In this document: piece after piece, positions 31,680-42,300 of the stretch | Numbering within the stretch: position 1 is the first letter of the stretch | How the letters are laid out: the number at the start of each line of letters is the position of its first letter | From: an uncultured Chthonomonadaceae bacterium | Lineage (GTDB): Bacteria; Armatimonadota; Chthonomonadetes; Chthonomonadales; Chthonomonadaceae | DNA length: 64,000 nucleotides | NCBI GenBank assembly: GCA_963835065.1 | Contig: CAWIEK010000019.1 | Coordinates: forward strand, 34,917 to 98,916 | Direction: 5' to 3' | The notes under the pieces: model-generated | What the model saw: the letters and a program-made list of their open reading frames with translations, nothing else | What the model was told of the DNA's origin: nothing | Databases searched by the model: none | Position numbers and translations under genes: made by a program

Positions 31680-31900
31680 AGCAAGCCAGCCCTCCGTCTC
31701 GTTTGTTAGACCGAGAGTATTAGATTCGTTTAATGCTACTGTAGCTGATTTCAGGGTTTTTTTCTTTTTCTTTTTTTTCCGAAGTCATATGAGACTATGT
31801 TTTCCTCACTCTCTTCCGACTTTGAATTAATTTTTTCCATCACCATCAGAAAATCTCCCTGGAGGATCTATTGACACCGGTAATATTTCAATACTACCGG

Positions 31901-32537
31901 TCAGCAGCCATGCGATTCCATTAAATGTCTTCGGGTCTCTTCATCCATATTACCAGCGGCCTCGATCTCTTGGTCGCGCTGGAAGCGTAATACTGCGGAA
32001 CCAACACATTGGTGATCACGCTCTCCTGGCGAGAGATAGCCAAGGTTCTCCAGGCGTTGCATCAAACCCTCGTCGCTTGATGCAGGCACTAGGCGATGCA
32101 GACGCAGAGCGTACTCGTAGATTGTGTTCTCTGTTTCCAATAACAGAGTCGCAGCGGCGGCCTCTGGAGGAACCCACTGCCGAACGAAGCCGTCTCCGTC
32201 CGTCCGCCCCTCAAACTCATCCCCATTGACGAGGAGTTGGTATGGAAGATCGGCAAAAGGCCGACCATCTTCCTGGATCAGTCGCACTTGCAATCGGGCG
32301 GGCACACCCTTGCGTCTGAAACGGTGGCGTTGTCCCGTAGCGCAAGTCTCACTCCTGGGATGCAACGTAGGAATGTGGAGGATATCCCCCGGCGATAATA
32401 CGTACCCGCTCGCACGGTTGCTTCGCAAAACGGAATTAGCGGGATGATTCCAGAGAGTTTCCGGGAAGTAGCCATTGCGAAAGGCGATGTTGGCAATCAG
32501 ATTCGCCTTCTTGGACGATGTGGTCCTCATTCTCCAT
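31901..32537 (-). CDS. LysM-like plus peptidoglycan-binding domain protein (frameshift near the start)
   Basis: HIVQEGE..IA..LWNHPAN..L.PGD.L.IP; C-terminal RLENLGY..FQRD. Confidence 0.75.
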
Positions 32538-32557
32538 TTAGTTACCTCTTTCTGTCT

Positions 32558-32863
32558 TCAAGCCTCCCCACTGCTTTGCTTGCCGCCTTTGTCAGCGTCT
32601 TCCCATGCTTCGCCGTTCAGATTGGGAAAGCAGACCTTGCACATTCCCGCGACAATGCCTTCCACCCGTGCCAGTCCGTCGGCATCCAGAACGCCTTCAT
32701 ACAGGGTTCCATCGGGAGCGAGGACGCGATACTTCTCATTAGGAATGGGCTTGTCGTCCTCACCTACCAGTTCGATCTCAATCCACGTCAGGCGGCGAAG
32801 CGTCAGCACGTTCTTGTGCTGCAAGTCAGGTAGGGTGCGCGCTACGGCATACGGATTGCTCAT
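32558..32863 (-). CDS. Small beta-sandwich protein resembling VgrG/PAAR C-terminal extension domains
   Basis: WIEIELVGEDDKPIPNEKYRV..PDG..EGVLDADGLARVEGI..C.V.FP. Confidence 0.6.
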   Translation of the reverse strand: MSNPYAVARTLPDLQHKNVLTLRRLTWIEIELVGEDDKPIPNEKYRVLAPDGTLYEGVLDADGLARVEGIVAGMCKVCFPNLNGEAWEDADKGGKQSSGEA

Positions 32864-32873
32864 TCCACTCCCC

Positions 32874-33521
32874 TCAGCATCCGTGAGCCGCTACCAGCTT
32901 GCTGCGCGTAGTCGCGTCCACGCCGCCAGTTACAGGCAAGCCGTTCTTCTCCTGAAATGCCCGTAGCGCCGCCTGGCTCGTATCGCTCTCAGCAGTGGCA
33001 TCAGCAGTGGGAAAGCCCAGGTTGTACAGTCGCTGTTGCACCCCGCTCCACACATCGGGTGGATCCAAGCTGCCCAGAGCGAGGGTCAGGCGCAGCATTT
33101 GCGATTGACCATCCTCCTGCACTTCGATGGTCAGGCGGCCTTCCCGCGCAGTGAGAGGGATGCTCGTTTGAAGCAGCCCGGTGGCATCAGTGCAGCCGGC
33201 GTACTTCTGCGTGTCCACCCACAGCACATAGCGCGAATTGGCGTACGGCTGGCCTTCCGCGTCCTGCACGACCAGGCGCAGCAGAACCGTAGGCGACTTG
33301 ATCTGAAAGTTGTGCTTCTGATCGGTTCCGCGTGCTACGGCGTTCTGTCGCTTGTCAGGAATGACAAGCATATCGTTGGGACACAGTACATTGGGATTGG
33401 AACGCTTGCGCCGCAAAGAGGCATTTTCCGGGGCGTTCCAGAGGGTAGTGTAGTCGTGAAAGCCGTACTGGGCGGCAATCGTCGCCAGGCACTCACCCGA
33501 CTGCACACAATGCGTTTTCAT
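32874..33521 (-). CDS. LysM plus peptidoglycan-binding domain protein
   Basis: HCVQSGECLATIAAQYG, NPNVL.P.D, GVQQRLYNLGF, ALRAFQEKNGLPVTG. Confidence 0.85.
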   Translation of the reverse strand: MKTHCVQSGECLATIAAQYGFHDYTTLWNAPENASLRRKRSNPNVLCPNDMLVIPDKRQNAVARGTDQKHNFQIKSPTVLLRLVVQDAEGQPYANSRYVLWVDTQKYAGCTDATGLLQTSIPLTAREGRLTIEVQEDGQSQMLRLTLALGSLDPPDVWSGVQQRLYNLGFPTADATAESDTSQAALRAFQEKNGLPVTGGVDATTRSKLVAAHGC

Positions 33522-33866
33522 TGTCCGCTTTGTTCTCCTGTGTTGTGCTGGGAGTTTAAGGAACCTGGCTGCTTCATTCCAGGAATACTGTATAGTATAA
33601 CAGAAATACTGGTATTATGAACAGTTTTTCGTGACGAATATAACAGTCCACGTTCGCATGGCCTTTTGCGCTGATTTCAAAATATCACGAGAGTATTACG
33701 CAAATATCACGGTCGGCGTGTACATTCCTTTCGGCATCGCCCACTGGCAACGTAACCGCATCGGCATACCCGCCCCGGACGCTGACAGCCTGAACCGCGC
33801 TGCCTGTTGATGCCCGCCAAATCCGCGCAGCCCGGTTTGACGCGCCTTTGATTTGAAAGGAAACCC

Positions 33867-34628
33867 ATGATCATGAACCGTCTAATGCAAAATCTGCTGC
33901 CGCTTTCGCTGCTGGCTGTCGCGCTGATTGGAGGCGCCAAAGCCTCCTCGAAAACTGCCGAAGCCGCGCCCGCAAGCAAGGAGAATTCCGCAGAGGAAGC
34001 GCCGCCCGCGTCCGCCCGCAACAGTCCCGCCGGTGCGAGTGGCCTGGACAGCCTGTGCGCCAATCATTACAATCAACTTCACCTGGCTGTTGGAAAGTTC
34101 GAGCACGTCAAAGCGATTATCGAGCGCGACAGGAAAGCCGGCTTACCGGAACTCAAGGCCAGCCTGAACGCCAAAAATGTCACGCTTTATGAGGCTTCCT
34201 GGGGCTTCTACTACCTGGGCCTGAAGGCTATCCAAAAGGATGATTACCCCAACTATATCAAGTATATGACAATCGCCGCAGACGACTACCTCAATCCCTG
34301 GGCGATGGTGAAGCTGGCGAAAGTCTACTACTACGACAAAGCGCAGTGGAAAAAGGATTTTCCCAAAGCCCAGATCACGACCGACAAAGACCTGGAACGC
34401 TCCTATACCTACTTGACCCTTGCCTTTGTCATCAGCGGCGAGATTGAGAAGGCGCATCAGGACAACTCCCTTCTTACCGGCGTCGCCAGTGGCGGCCTGG
34501 CATTGAAGGACACCTTCGAGGAGAGGGGCGTTGACGGCTTCAACGCGCGCAAAACGCTGCAAAAGAAGCGAGCCGACCTGCTGGCTAAAGCCGAGGCTTA
34601 CCAGAAGATGTACGAGAAAGCCAAATAA
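33867..34628 (+). CDS. Exported helical protein with a Sel1-like segment
   Basis: Signal peptide; AADDYLNPWAMVKLAKVY..KDLERSY.YL..A. Confidence 0.6.
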   Translation: MIMNRLMQNLLPLSLLAVALIGGAKASSKTAEAAPASKENSAEEAPPASARNSPAGASGLDSLCANHYNQLHLAVGKFEHVKAIIERDRKAGLPELKASLNAKNVTLYEASWGFYYLGLKAIQKDDYPNYIKYMTIAADDYLNPWAMVKLAKVYYYDKAQWKKDFPKAQITTDKDLERSYTYLTLAFVISGEIEKAHQDNSLLTGVASGGLALKDTFEERGVDGFNARKTLQKKRADLLAKAEAYQKMYEKAK

Positions 34629-34642
34629 CAAGGAGGTTTGAA

Positions 34643-35431
34643 ATGTCATCTGTTTCGGAGGCTATATCAGCATGGCAGCAAAAGCGGCTGTCCGGGAGCG
34701 CGCTGATGCGCGAAATCGTTTCCTACAAGCAGTGGAATGTGCAGATTTCCGACGCCGCTGTTGACGAAGCGCTGCGCGACAACACGCTGTCCCGGTTGAT
34801 GTTCAATCAGGATGAAGAGGGCTTGTCCCGGCTGTCCCTGTTTTCGGATGGAGCGGCCTATGCCCGGTTCTGCGAGGCGGCGGGGATAGCGGGGCAGGCT
34901 CCCCAAACGTTTGTGACAACCAGCGGCTCCTGGATATTCAAACTGCCGCTGGAAACGATGGACATGATCTGCATAGACCCTGCCACGCCGCCCGACATCA
35001 ACTATCGGAAGGAGCAACTGCCGCGCCTGCGGGAACTGGCGGAAGCCATCGAAGTGGAAGACACGCTTGCGGCGCTGCGCGCGGGAGAGAACACCAAAGA
35101 CGGCATGGTGAAGCAGGTTCGAGATTATGCCGGGTACATCATCGCGATCCACAAAGTGGAGGACAAGTATACGCTGGTAATGGCTCCCGATACGCAGGGG
35201 CGCGCGCTTGCCGCTGTATTTACTTTCGAAGACGCCTTCGAAGCCTTTTATCCTGAGTGCAGGCAGATGTACCCCGAAGGCGAACTGCTGCAAATGCCGA
35301 TGGCCGGGCCGGAACTGTTTGCGCTGCTACGGGAGAAGGACCTGACCGGCATCGTGTTCAACTGTTCAGGACCCGGACGGCCCATCGCGTTTGCGGCCCA
35401 ATTCGCGGAAGTCGTACTCAACGCCGCGTGA
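34643..35431 (+). CDS. Hypothetical protein with tandem SseB-like domains
   Basis: AAVFTFEDAF..GIVFNCSGP and a similar N-terminal unit; GGAGG RBS. Confidence 0.5.
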   Translation: MSSVSEAISAWQQKRLSGSALMREIVSYKQWNVQISDAAVDEALRDNTLSRLMFNQDEEGLSRLSLFSDGAAYARFCEAAGIAGQAPQTFVTTSGSWIFKLPLETMDMICIDPATPPDINYRKEQLPRLRELAEAIEVEDTLAALRAGENTKDGMVKQVRDYAGYIIAIHKVEDKYTLVMAPDTQGRALAAVFTFEDAFEAFYPECRQMYPEGELLQMPMAGPELFALLREKDLTGIVFNCSGPGRPIAFAAQFAEVVLNAA

Positions 35432-35500
35432 CTGCTCCCCAGGCGTAAACGCCGGGGCTTCTCTCCGGTTACAGGTTGTGAAATCCGCTCTGGTGGCAGC
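35428..35500 (-). mobile_element. Isolated IS200/IS605-type right end
   Basis: Reverse strand reads GAAGCCCCGGCGTTTACGCCTGGGGAGCAGTCAC; the same hairpin occurs at 56146-56167. Confidence 0.65.
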
Positions 35501-35509
35501 GCCACACTC

Positions 35510-36577
35510 CTACTCCTTGCGATCCGGCCCGATAAAACCTTGCTCCACCATATCAAGCAGGGCGCTTCCCTCATAAGTCAGGGGCAAATCTATGCGGCCG
35601 CGATAAAGGCTGCTGTAATAGGCCGCATAGATGATTTCGGTGTGCTTCAACGCCTTGTCTGCCGTGAGCAGGGGCTTGTGGCCGGGTTCGTCGAGGGCGC
35701 GGACGAGATCGGCGCAGGCGCGATTGATAGCCACATCGCCGTGTATGCCTTCCTTCGTCTCAATCGCGCGCCAGCCTGCATCGCCATCCGTTCGGACGCG
35801 CAGGCAGGGCATGTCCCAGCCCACTTCCAGTGTTCCTTTTGTGCCGGTCACGCGCAGGGCGCAGTCCCATTTCGCCTCATGCCCCGTAATCAGGAGGCCG
35901 CGCACCCCATTCGCCCACTTGTAGTGAACCAATCCCTGCCCTTCCGCAAACGCGCCGAATACCTGCTTTTCTTCCCGGCTGTCAATCTGCCCGATCACCC
36001 ATTCCACCGCCGCCTCGCCGTTGAAGAACTGCATCATGTCCAGCCAGTGCGTACCCCAGTCGAACAGGTCTCCGCACTGCGCTTCGATGCGCAGCAGGTC
36101 GCCCAACTCACCGTCACGGATAATCTGCGCGGCCTTCTGGAACGGCTCCAAAAACCTTCGCTGATGGTTGAAGGTCAGGATCGTGCCGCTTGCGTCCGCC
36201 GCCGCTTTCATGCGCTTGGCGTCACCCCATGTCGTCGCCATCGGCTTTTCGCAATGCACCGCCCGGACGCCCGCTTCACACGCCGCAACCGTCATTTCGG
36301 CGTGAAGGTGCGGCCATGTCGTAATGCTGACAAGTTCCGGCTTTTCTTCCGCCAGCATTGCATGGTAGTCGTGGTAGATTTTGGCGTTCTCGTCGTAGTC
36401 CTTCAAAAATCGCTGCGCGTGATCGTCGTCCGTGTCGGCAATGGCGACAAGTTTCACGCGATTGGTGGCGGTGAAGCCTTTGTAGTGCGGGTGCGCCATG
36501 CCAAAGCCGGTCGCGCCCTCCGATTTCCACGGACGGCCCGTGCCGATGATTGCATAGCGATAGCGAGTATCGTTCAT
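35510..36577 (-). CDS. Gfo/Idh/MocA oxidoreductase
   Basis: AIIGTG, CEKPMA, NHQRRF, DWGTHWLD. Confidence 0.92.
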   Translation of the reverse strand: MNDTRYRYAIIGTGRPWKSEGATGFGMAHPHYKGFTATNRVKLVAIADTDDDHAQRFLKDYDENAKIYHDYHAMLAEEKPELVSITTWPHLHAEMTVAACEAGVRAVHCEKPMATTWGDAKRMKAAADASGTILTFNHQRRFLEPFQKAAQIIRDGELGDLLRIEAQCGDLFDWGTHWLDMMQFFNGEAAVEWVIGQIDSREEKQVFGAFAEGQGLVHYKWANGVRGLLITGHEAKWDCALRVTGTKGTLEVGWDMPCLRVRTDGDAGWRAIETKEGIHGDVAINRACADLVRALDEPGHKPLLTADKALKHTEIIYAAYYSSLYRGRIDLPLTYEGSALLDMVEQGFIGPDRKE

Positions 36578-36616
36578 TCTTTCCAGTTGTCCTCCATTTT
36601 AGTGTCAAACCTTGTG

Positions 36617-37440
36617 TCAAAACTTGAAATCTACATACGTCTCGCCCTTCTCTTGCGGCAGGCTTTCCACCACTTCGCAGCGCAGCCGTTGTTGGTCTTC
36701 GGCGGGCAGGCTGTCATAATACGCCTGCGGCAGCGTTAAATCCACTTTGGGCGTGTGCAGCCAGTGCATCACATAGCCCATCACGACCATCGGGCGGGGC
36801 GTGTCCGTACGGTTGGGTGTGCCGCGATGCAGGGCTAATGGGGTGCGGATCATTACGTCGCCCATTTGTAGGGGGAATGTTTCCATCGCAATTTCACCCG
36901 ATTCGACTTTTTGCAGGGCGGTGTCGCGCGGCATCAGATGCGTTCCCCGCGCCTGCTGGAACGGCCCGTTGGCTTCCGTCACATCCACGAGGGGGAAGTT
37001 CACGGCAAGGGCGTACAGGGGCGTTGTAATCTCGTCCGTAAACAGGGGGCGGTAATCGCGGTGAATTTCCTGATAGGTGGAGCCTTGCAGGGGCACGTCC
37101 GCGCCCAACTGCACCATCACATATTCCTGCGGGAAAACGCGGTTCAGGACGCCCAAAATGGCGGGATTGGCGAACACGCTCCGGTCAGCAAACGGGGCCG
37201 TCCAGGGCAAGCGTGAGGTAATAGCGGTTCTGCTCGCGGGGCGCAAGCCCGCCCGGACGGTTTTGACGCTCCGCAAACAAACGCGCGAACGCTTCCGCCC
37301 ATTCTTCCATCAGCGAACGCGCAAACACGCCGCGCAGAATACACAGTCCGTCCCGGTTCAAATCTTCGGTCAGCGCGTCCAACTGCGCTTCGCTGAACGC
37401 GGATGGCGTTGCAGTGGATTGAGGTTAAGGTTGAGGTCAT
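36617..37440 (-). CDS. Phytanoyl-CoA dioxygenase-family (PhyH) Fe/2OG enzyme, frameshifted
   Basis: QEIHRD, NGPF..GTH, LHRGTPN..R; the N-terminal part lies in other frames. Confidence 0.85.
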
Positions 37441-38156
37441 GGTGTTGTACTCCTTTGCAGCAGCCATTGCCGCGCGGCCTGTACTTCGTCCTGCGTAAGC
37501 GAATGGCCGCCCCGATGCCAGTACAGCGCGACTTCCGCGCCCGCCTGCCGCAGCAGCGCGGCCAATGCTTCCGTGTTGGAAGGGGGAACGATAGGATCGT
37601 TTTCTCCCGCTCCAATAAAGATTGGTTTGCCGCCTGAGTAGTTGACAGTTGATAGTTCAGAGTTGATAGAAGTGCTGGAACTACCAACTTTCAGCGACTT
37701 GCCGCCTAGTTCGGGCAGGGTTTCCGGCGTAAACGGAACCATCGGGTGCAGCAAAATAGCCCCGGCCAGTATTTCCGGCTGGCGCAGCAGCAGGCTGGCC
37801 GCGATATTGGCCCCGTTGGAGTAGCCCACCGCGATTACCTGTGTCGGATCAAATCCGTATTCTTCCGACGCCCCGGCGAGAAAACCCGCTAACTCACTTG
37901 TGCGCAGCCGCAAATCTTCCTGATCGAACACGCCTTCCGCAAGCCGGCGGAAAAAGCGCGGCATCCCGCGTTCCAAAACCCTGCCGCGTGGACTGAGCAG
38001 GTTCGCGTCCTTCAGCAGCGTTTGTCCAAGCGGCAATAAATCGTTCTCGTTTCCGCCCGTGCCGTGCAGCAAAAGCAGTGTCGGCGCGGTTTGTAATTCC
38101 GGCGCGGGCACGAAACGATGCGTAAAATCGCTGACGCTTGCTGTTTCTCTGAACAT
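37437..38156 (-). CDS. Alpha/beta hydrolase, MhqD-like carboxylesterase, with a 24-aa in-frame insertion
   Basis: LLHGTGG, GYSNGAN, DPIVP, GGH; follows the ring-cleaving dioxygenase. Confidence 0.9.
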   Translation of the reverse strand: MFRETASVSDFTHRFVPAPELQTAPTLLLLHGTGGNENDLLPLGQTLLKDANLLSPRGRVLERGMPRFFRRLAEGVFDQEDLRLRTSELAGFLAGASEEYGFDPTQVIAVGYSNGANIAASLLLRQPEILAGAILLHPMVPFTPETLPELGGKSLKVGSSSTSINSELSTVNYSGGKPIFIGAGENDPIVPPSNTEALAALLRQAGAEVALYWHRGGHSLTQDEVQAARQWLLQRSTTP

Positions 38157-38233
38157 ACTCAAACCTCCTGCGCGTTTTTCACCTCTTCCGGCGTAATTCC
38201 AGCGGTGTCCGGCGCATTTTTCAAGACATTTTC

Positions 38234-39178
38234 CTATTTCGGCAATTGGAGCGGCAGCAACCCCTGCTGAATTTTCTCCCGCTGCGCTTCCAGCCAATCG
38301 GGAAGGCGCAGGCTGGTTCCCAAGGTTGCCAATGGCTCGTCCGCCGTGAAACCGGGCAGATCGGTGGCGATTTCAAACAGAACGCCGCCCGGTTCGCGGA
38401 AATAGATGGAATGGAAATACTGCCTGTCCATCACGGGCGAGACTTGAAACCTCAGCCGGGTTAATTGCTCCTGCCATGCGTTTTGCTGTTCATCGGTGGG
38501 CGTTCGCCACGCGACATGATGGACGCTGCCCACGCCCACCGCGCCCGCGGGGGTATCCGGCAGGGTCAGCAAGTCTACGGTTCGCGCCGTTCCGTGTTCG
38601 CCCGCAAGGTAGCGCGAACGATTACCGTCCTCGCGCAGCAGTGTAAAGCCCATCGTTTCGGTCAGCAGTTTTGCCGTGCGCGTACCGTCTTTCAGGGCGA
38701 GTGTTACGCTGTGAAACCCGCGCGTGGCATATTCCAACGGAACAGGGCCATTCTGCCGGCCTTCGCGTTCTTCGGCTCCCAAATGCGCCACCAATTCAAG
38801 CCGCATCCCATCGGGGTCGTAGAAGGTCATCGCTTCCTCGTCCCACCGCGTTACGGGCGGCTCATAGCGGATGTGGCGCTCATCAAACCGTGTTTGCCAC
38901 CACCCCAAACTGCCTTCGGGAACGGAAAACGATATTACGTTTGCCTGCCCTGTGCCCTGCCGTCCCTTGTGGCCGCCGGGCCACGCGAAAAAGGTCAGAA
39001 TGGAGCCGGGACTGCCCGCTTCATCCCCGTAGTAAAAATGGTAGGAACCCGGATCGTCGTAGTTGATGGTGATTTTCACCAGCCGCAGCCCCAAAACGCC
39101 CGTGTAAAAATCCACATTCCGCTGCGGGTCACTGGCGATTGCCGTAATGTGGTGAATGCCGGAAATTCGATTTTCCAT
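38234..39178 (-). CDS. Ring-cleaving dioxygenase (MhqA/MhqO-like, VOC family)
   Basis: GIHHITAI, LGLRLVK.T.N.DDP, VHHVAW, DRQYFHSIYFREPGGVLFEIATD. Confidence 0.95.
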   Translation of the reverse strand: MENRISGIHHITAIASDPQRNVDFYTGVLGLRLVKITINYDDPGSYHFYYGDEAGSPGSILTFFAWPGGHKGRQGTGQANVISFSVPEGSLGWWQTRFDERHIRYEPPVTRWDEEAMTFYDPDGMRLELVAHLGAEEREGRQNGPVPLEYATRGFHSVTLALKDGTRTAKLLTETMGFTLLREDGNRSRYLAGEHGTARTVDLLTLPDTPAGAVGVGSVHHVAWRTPTDEQQNAWQEQLTRLRFQVSPVMDRQYFHSIYFREPGGVLFEIATDLPGFTADEPLATLGTSLRLPDWLEAQREKIQQGLLPLQLPK

Positions 39179-39381
39179 TGTCGTCTCCTCAATCAGTTTT
39201 GTGGCTCTCGTTGATTGCTTACTGCCTTATTTATGAATACGCTCCCGGTTCGTTGCTGCACTCCCTGCCAACAGGAAAATGCAAATACCAGTATATCGCC
39301 TCTGGTGAAGGAATTACAGCAGTGTAAATCAAAATAGGGGAAGGTTGAATTGACTTTGAACACTATTGGTCTGGACAAACA

Positions 39382-42300
39382 ATGACATTGGAAGCAGCAG
39401 AACAGGCAGGGGCGGTGGAACAGCCGGGTGTTGTATGGCGTATTGAACTCTTTGGAGGACTGCGCCTGCATCATCAAGGGCATACCCTGCACCATTTCAA
39501 AACGCGCCGCATGACGCTGCTGTTGGCGCGTCTGGCCTGTTTCCCCAACCGCGCCCATCCCCGCGACACGCTGGCGGAAGAGTTGTGGCCGGACGAGACG
39601 CCCGACACACTGCGCGAACGTTTCCGGCAAACCCTGTCCATGCTGCGCCGGGAACTGGAGCCGGAGGGCGTTCCTTCCTGCAGCGTTCTCATCGCGGACC
39701 GTTCCACCATCCGCCTGGCTTCCAGTTCCTTTTCAACAGATGTTGCCGACTTTGAAGCCGCCTGCCGCGCCGCTAGAGATGCACAGCCTGCCCGCCAGAT
39801 CGAGCTGCTTCAGCAAGCCTCAGCCCTGTATCGCGGCGAACTTTTGCCGGGTTTCTACGAAGACTGGATACTGACCGAGCGCGAACATCTTGCGGAACTG
39901 CATCGGCAGGCGCTGAACCGTCTTACCACTGCCTATGCCACCCTCGGCCAGTGGGAACCGGCTATCGAAACCGCGCGCAAGGTGGTTACGGCAGACCCGT
40001 TGTGTGAAGATTCCCATTGCGCGTTAATCCGCGTTTTCGCGCAGGCAGGCCGTCCGGCGGACGCGAAGCGGCAGTACGAGGAATTGGAACATCTGCTGTG
40101 CGCCGAAATGGAGGCAGAACCGGGAGCGGCGACCCAAACCCTGATGGTGCAGGTACGCTCCGGCGCGCTGATGGCTCCGGCAGGGGGCGGTGTGCCGGTT
40201 ACGCCCTCCGTTTTAGGCGTCGTTTCCGCGCCGTCCATTTCAGGCGTCATGCCTGCGCCGTCCGTTTCAGGCGCGTTGATTGGAACGGCTTCCTCTGCCA
40301 CGCTTCCCGTCCTTCCCGTTCCGATGACGCGCTTTTTTGGACGCGAGGAAGAGATTGCGCGCCTGGTGTCGCTGCTGCCGCCGGTTGCCGGTTCCGCGTC
40401 TTCACCGCCTCCCCTTGTCACCCTGACCGGGCCGGGCGGCGCGGGCAAAACGCGCCTTGCGCTGGAAGTGGCGCGGCTTTTAGGCGGGGCGTATGGCGGG
40501 GCCGTCTGGTTTGTACCCCTGGCGGATGTAACCCATCCCGGCTTGATTGCCGACGCCATTGTGGAAACGCTTGCCGTATCCCGTTCCGCCCATGCCGCCC
40601 CGATGCAGCAGGCGGTGGAGTTCCTGCAAACTCATCCTGCCGCGCTGCTCATTTTGGACAATTTCGAGCATCTTCAGGAAGAGGGAACGCCCGTTGTGCA
40701 GGCATTGCGCCAACGCCTGCCTCGCTTGTCCTGTTTGGTCACGTCGCGCCATAAGCTAAACGTTGAGGGGGAGCGCGACCTTGCCCTGCCGCCGCTCCAA
40801 ATCCCGGAGGGAGCCGAAACGCCGGAAGCATTGCTGGCTTACCCCGGCATCCAGCTTTTTTTGGACCGGGCGCAGGCCGCGCGCTACTCCTTTCTCCTGA
40901 CCGCCGACAACGCTCACGCCGTTTCCCTGCTCGGACAGCGATTGGAAGGGCTGCCGCTTGCCATCGAACTGGCGGCGGCATGGGCGGCAACCCTTGCGCC
41001 GGAACAGATTCTACAGCGATTGTCGCGCAGGTTCGATCTGCTCGTCAGTCGCCGTAAAGATGTGCCGCAGCGCCATCAAAGCCTGCAGGCGGTTTTGGAA
41101 GGCAGTTACCAACTGCTTCCGCCGAAACTACAGCGTTTGTACGCGCGCCTTTCCGTGTTTCGCGGCGGCTGGACGCTGGAAGCGGCAGAAAAAATCGCAA
41201 GCGTGTCGGCGCAAGTCGCAAGTGTGTTGGTGCAAACAGCAGGCGCGTCAGGACAGATTGCAGGCGAAGTGGGACAGGCAGGAGCGAGCAGTTTTCATTG
41301 CCTGGATGGGCTGGCGGTTTTGCAGGAACGCTCCTTTGTTCAGGCCGAGGAACGAGCGGGAGAAATGCGCTACCGCCTGCTGGAATCCCTGCGCGAGTTT
41401 GGCGCAGAGCAATTGGAAGCCGAGGAGCGATCTGCGCTGTCGCAATCCCATGCCGCGTATTTTCTCGCGCTGACCGAGGAAGCGCAGGCGCGGCAGCGCA
41501 CAAAGGAAGAAAAGCAGTGGTTTGATCGCCTGGAAGCAGAATATGACAATCTGCGGGCAGCTTTGGAGTGGGCCATCGCCAATGCCCCCGAAACCGCTTT
41601 GAAAATGGCCGCGTTCCTCGGCGGTTTTTGGATGACGCGCGGCTTTGCGCGGGAAGGAAACGCCTGGCTGGAAAAAGCGTTGTCTAGCGAGGGTGAGATG
41701 CCGCAGGCGCGGGCGGAGGCGCTGAATTACCTGGCCTTGATGAAGCTGTCCCTGGGAGATTACGAGGAGGGCAAAAATCTGGCGCGCGAAAGTATCGAAA
41801 TGCTGCGCCGATTGGCAGATAAGCAGGGTACGGCAAAGGCGCTGAACACCCTGGGCGCGCTCCTGATGGAACAGGGCGAGTTTCAGGAAGCGCAGAATTG
41901 CTACGCCGAGTGCCTGAGCCTGTATCGCGACATGGGCAATCGCCTGGGCGAGTCCATCGTGCTGGCGAATCTGGGCAATCTGGTTTATGGCCGGGGCGAG
42001 TACGCGCTTGCCTGTACCTATTACAGCGCGTGTTTGGAAACCCGGCGCGCGCTCGGCGACCTGCGCGGTATTGCCGCCGCCCTGGACTATCTGGGCCGCG
42101 CCGTCCGCGAACAGGGCGATTATGCGCGCGCCTGCGACCTGCACGCGGAAAGCCTCACCATGCGGCGCGAACTTAACGATAAACAGAGTATCGCCCTGGC
42201 GCTGAATCACCTGGGAGCGGTCAAAACATATCTTGGCGAGTGCGAAGAAGCGCGAAAACTGCTCGAAGAAAGCCTGGCGTACTCGCGGGAAACAGGGGAT

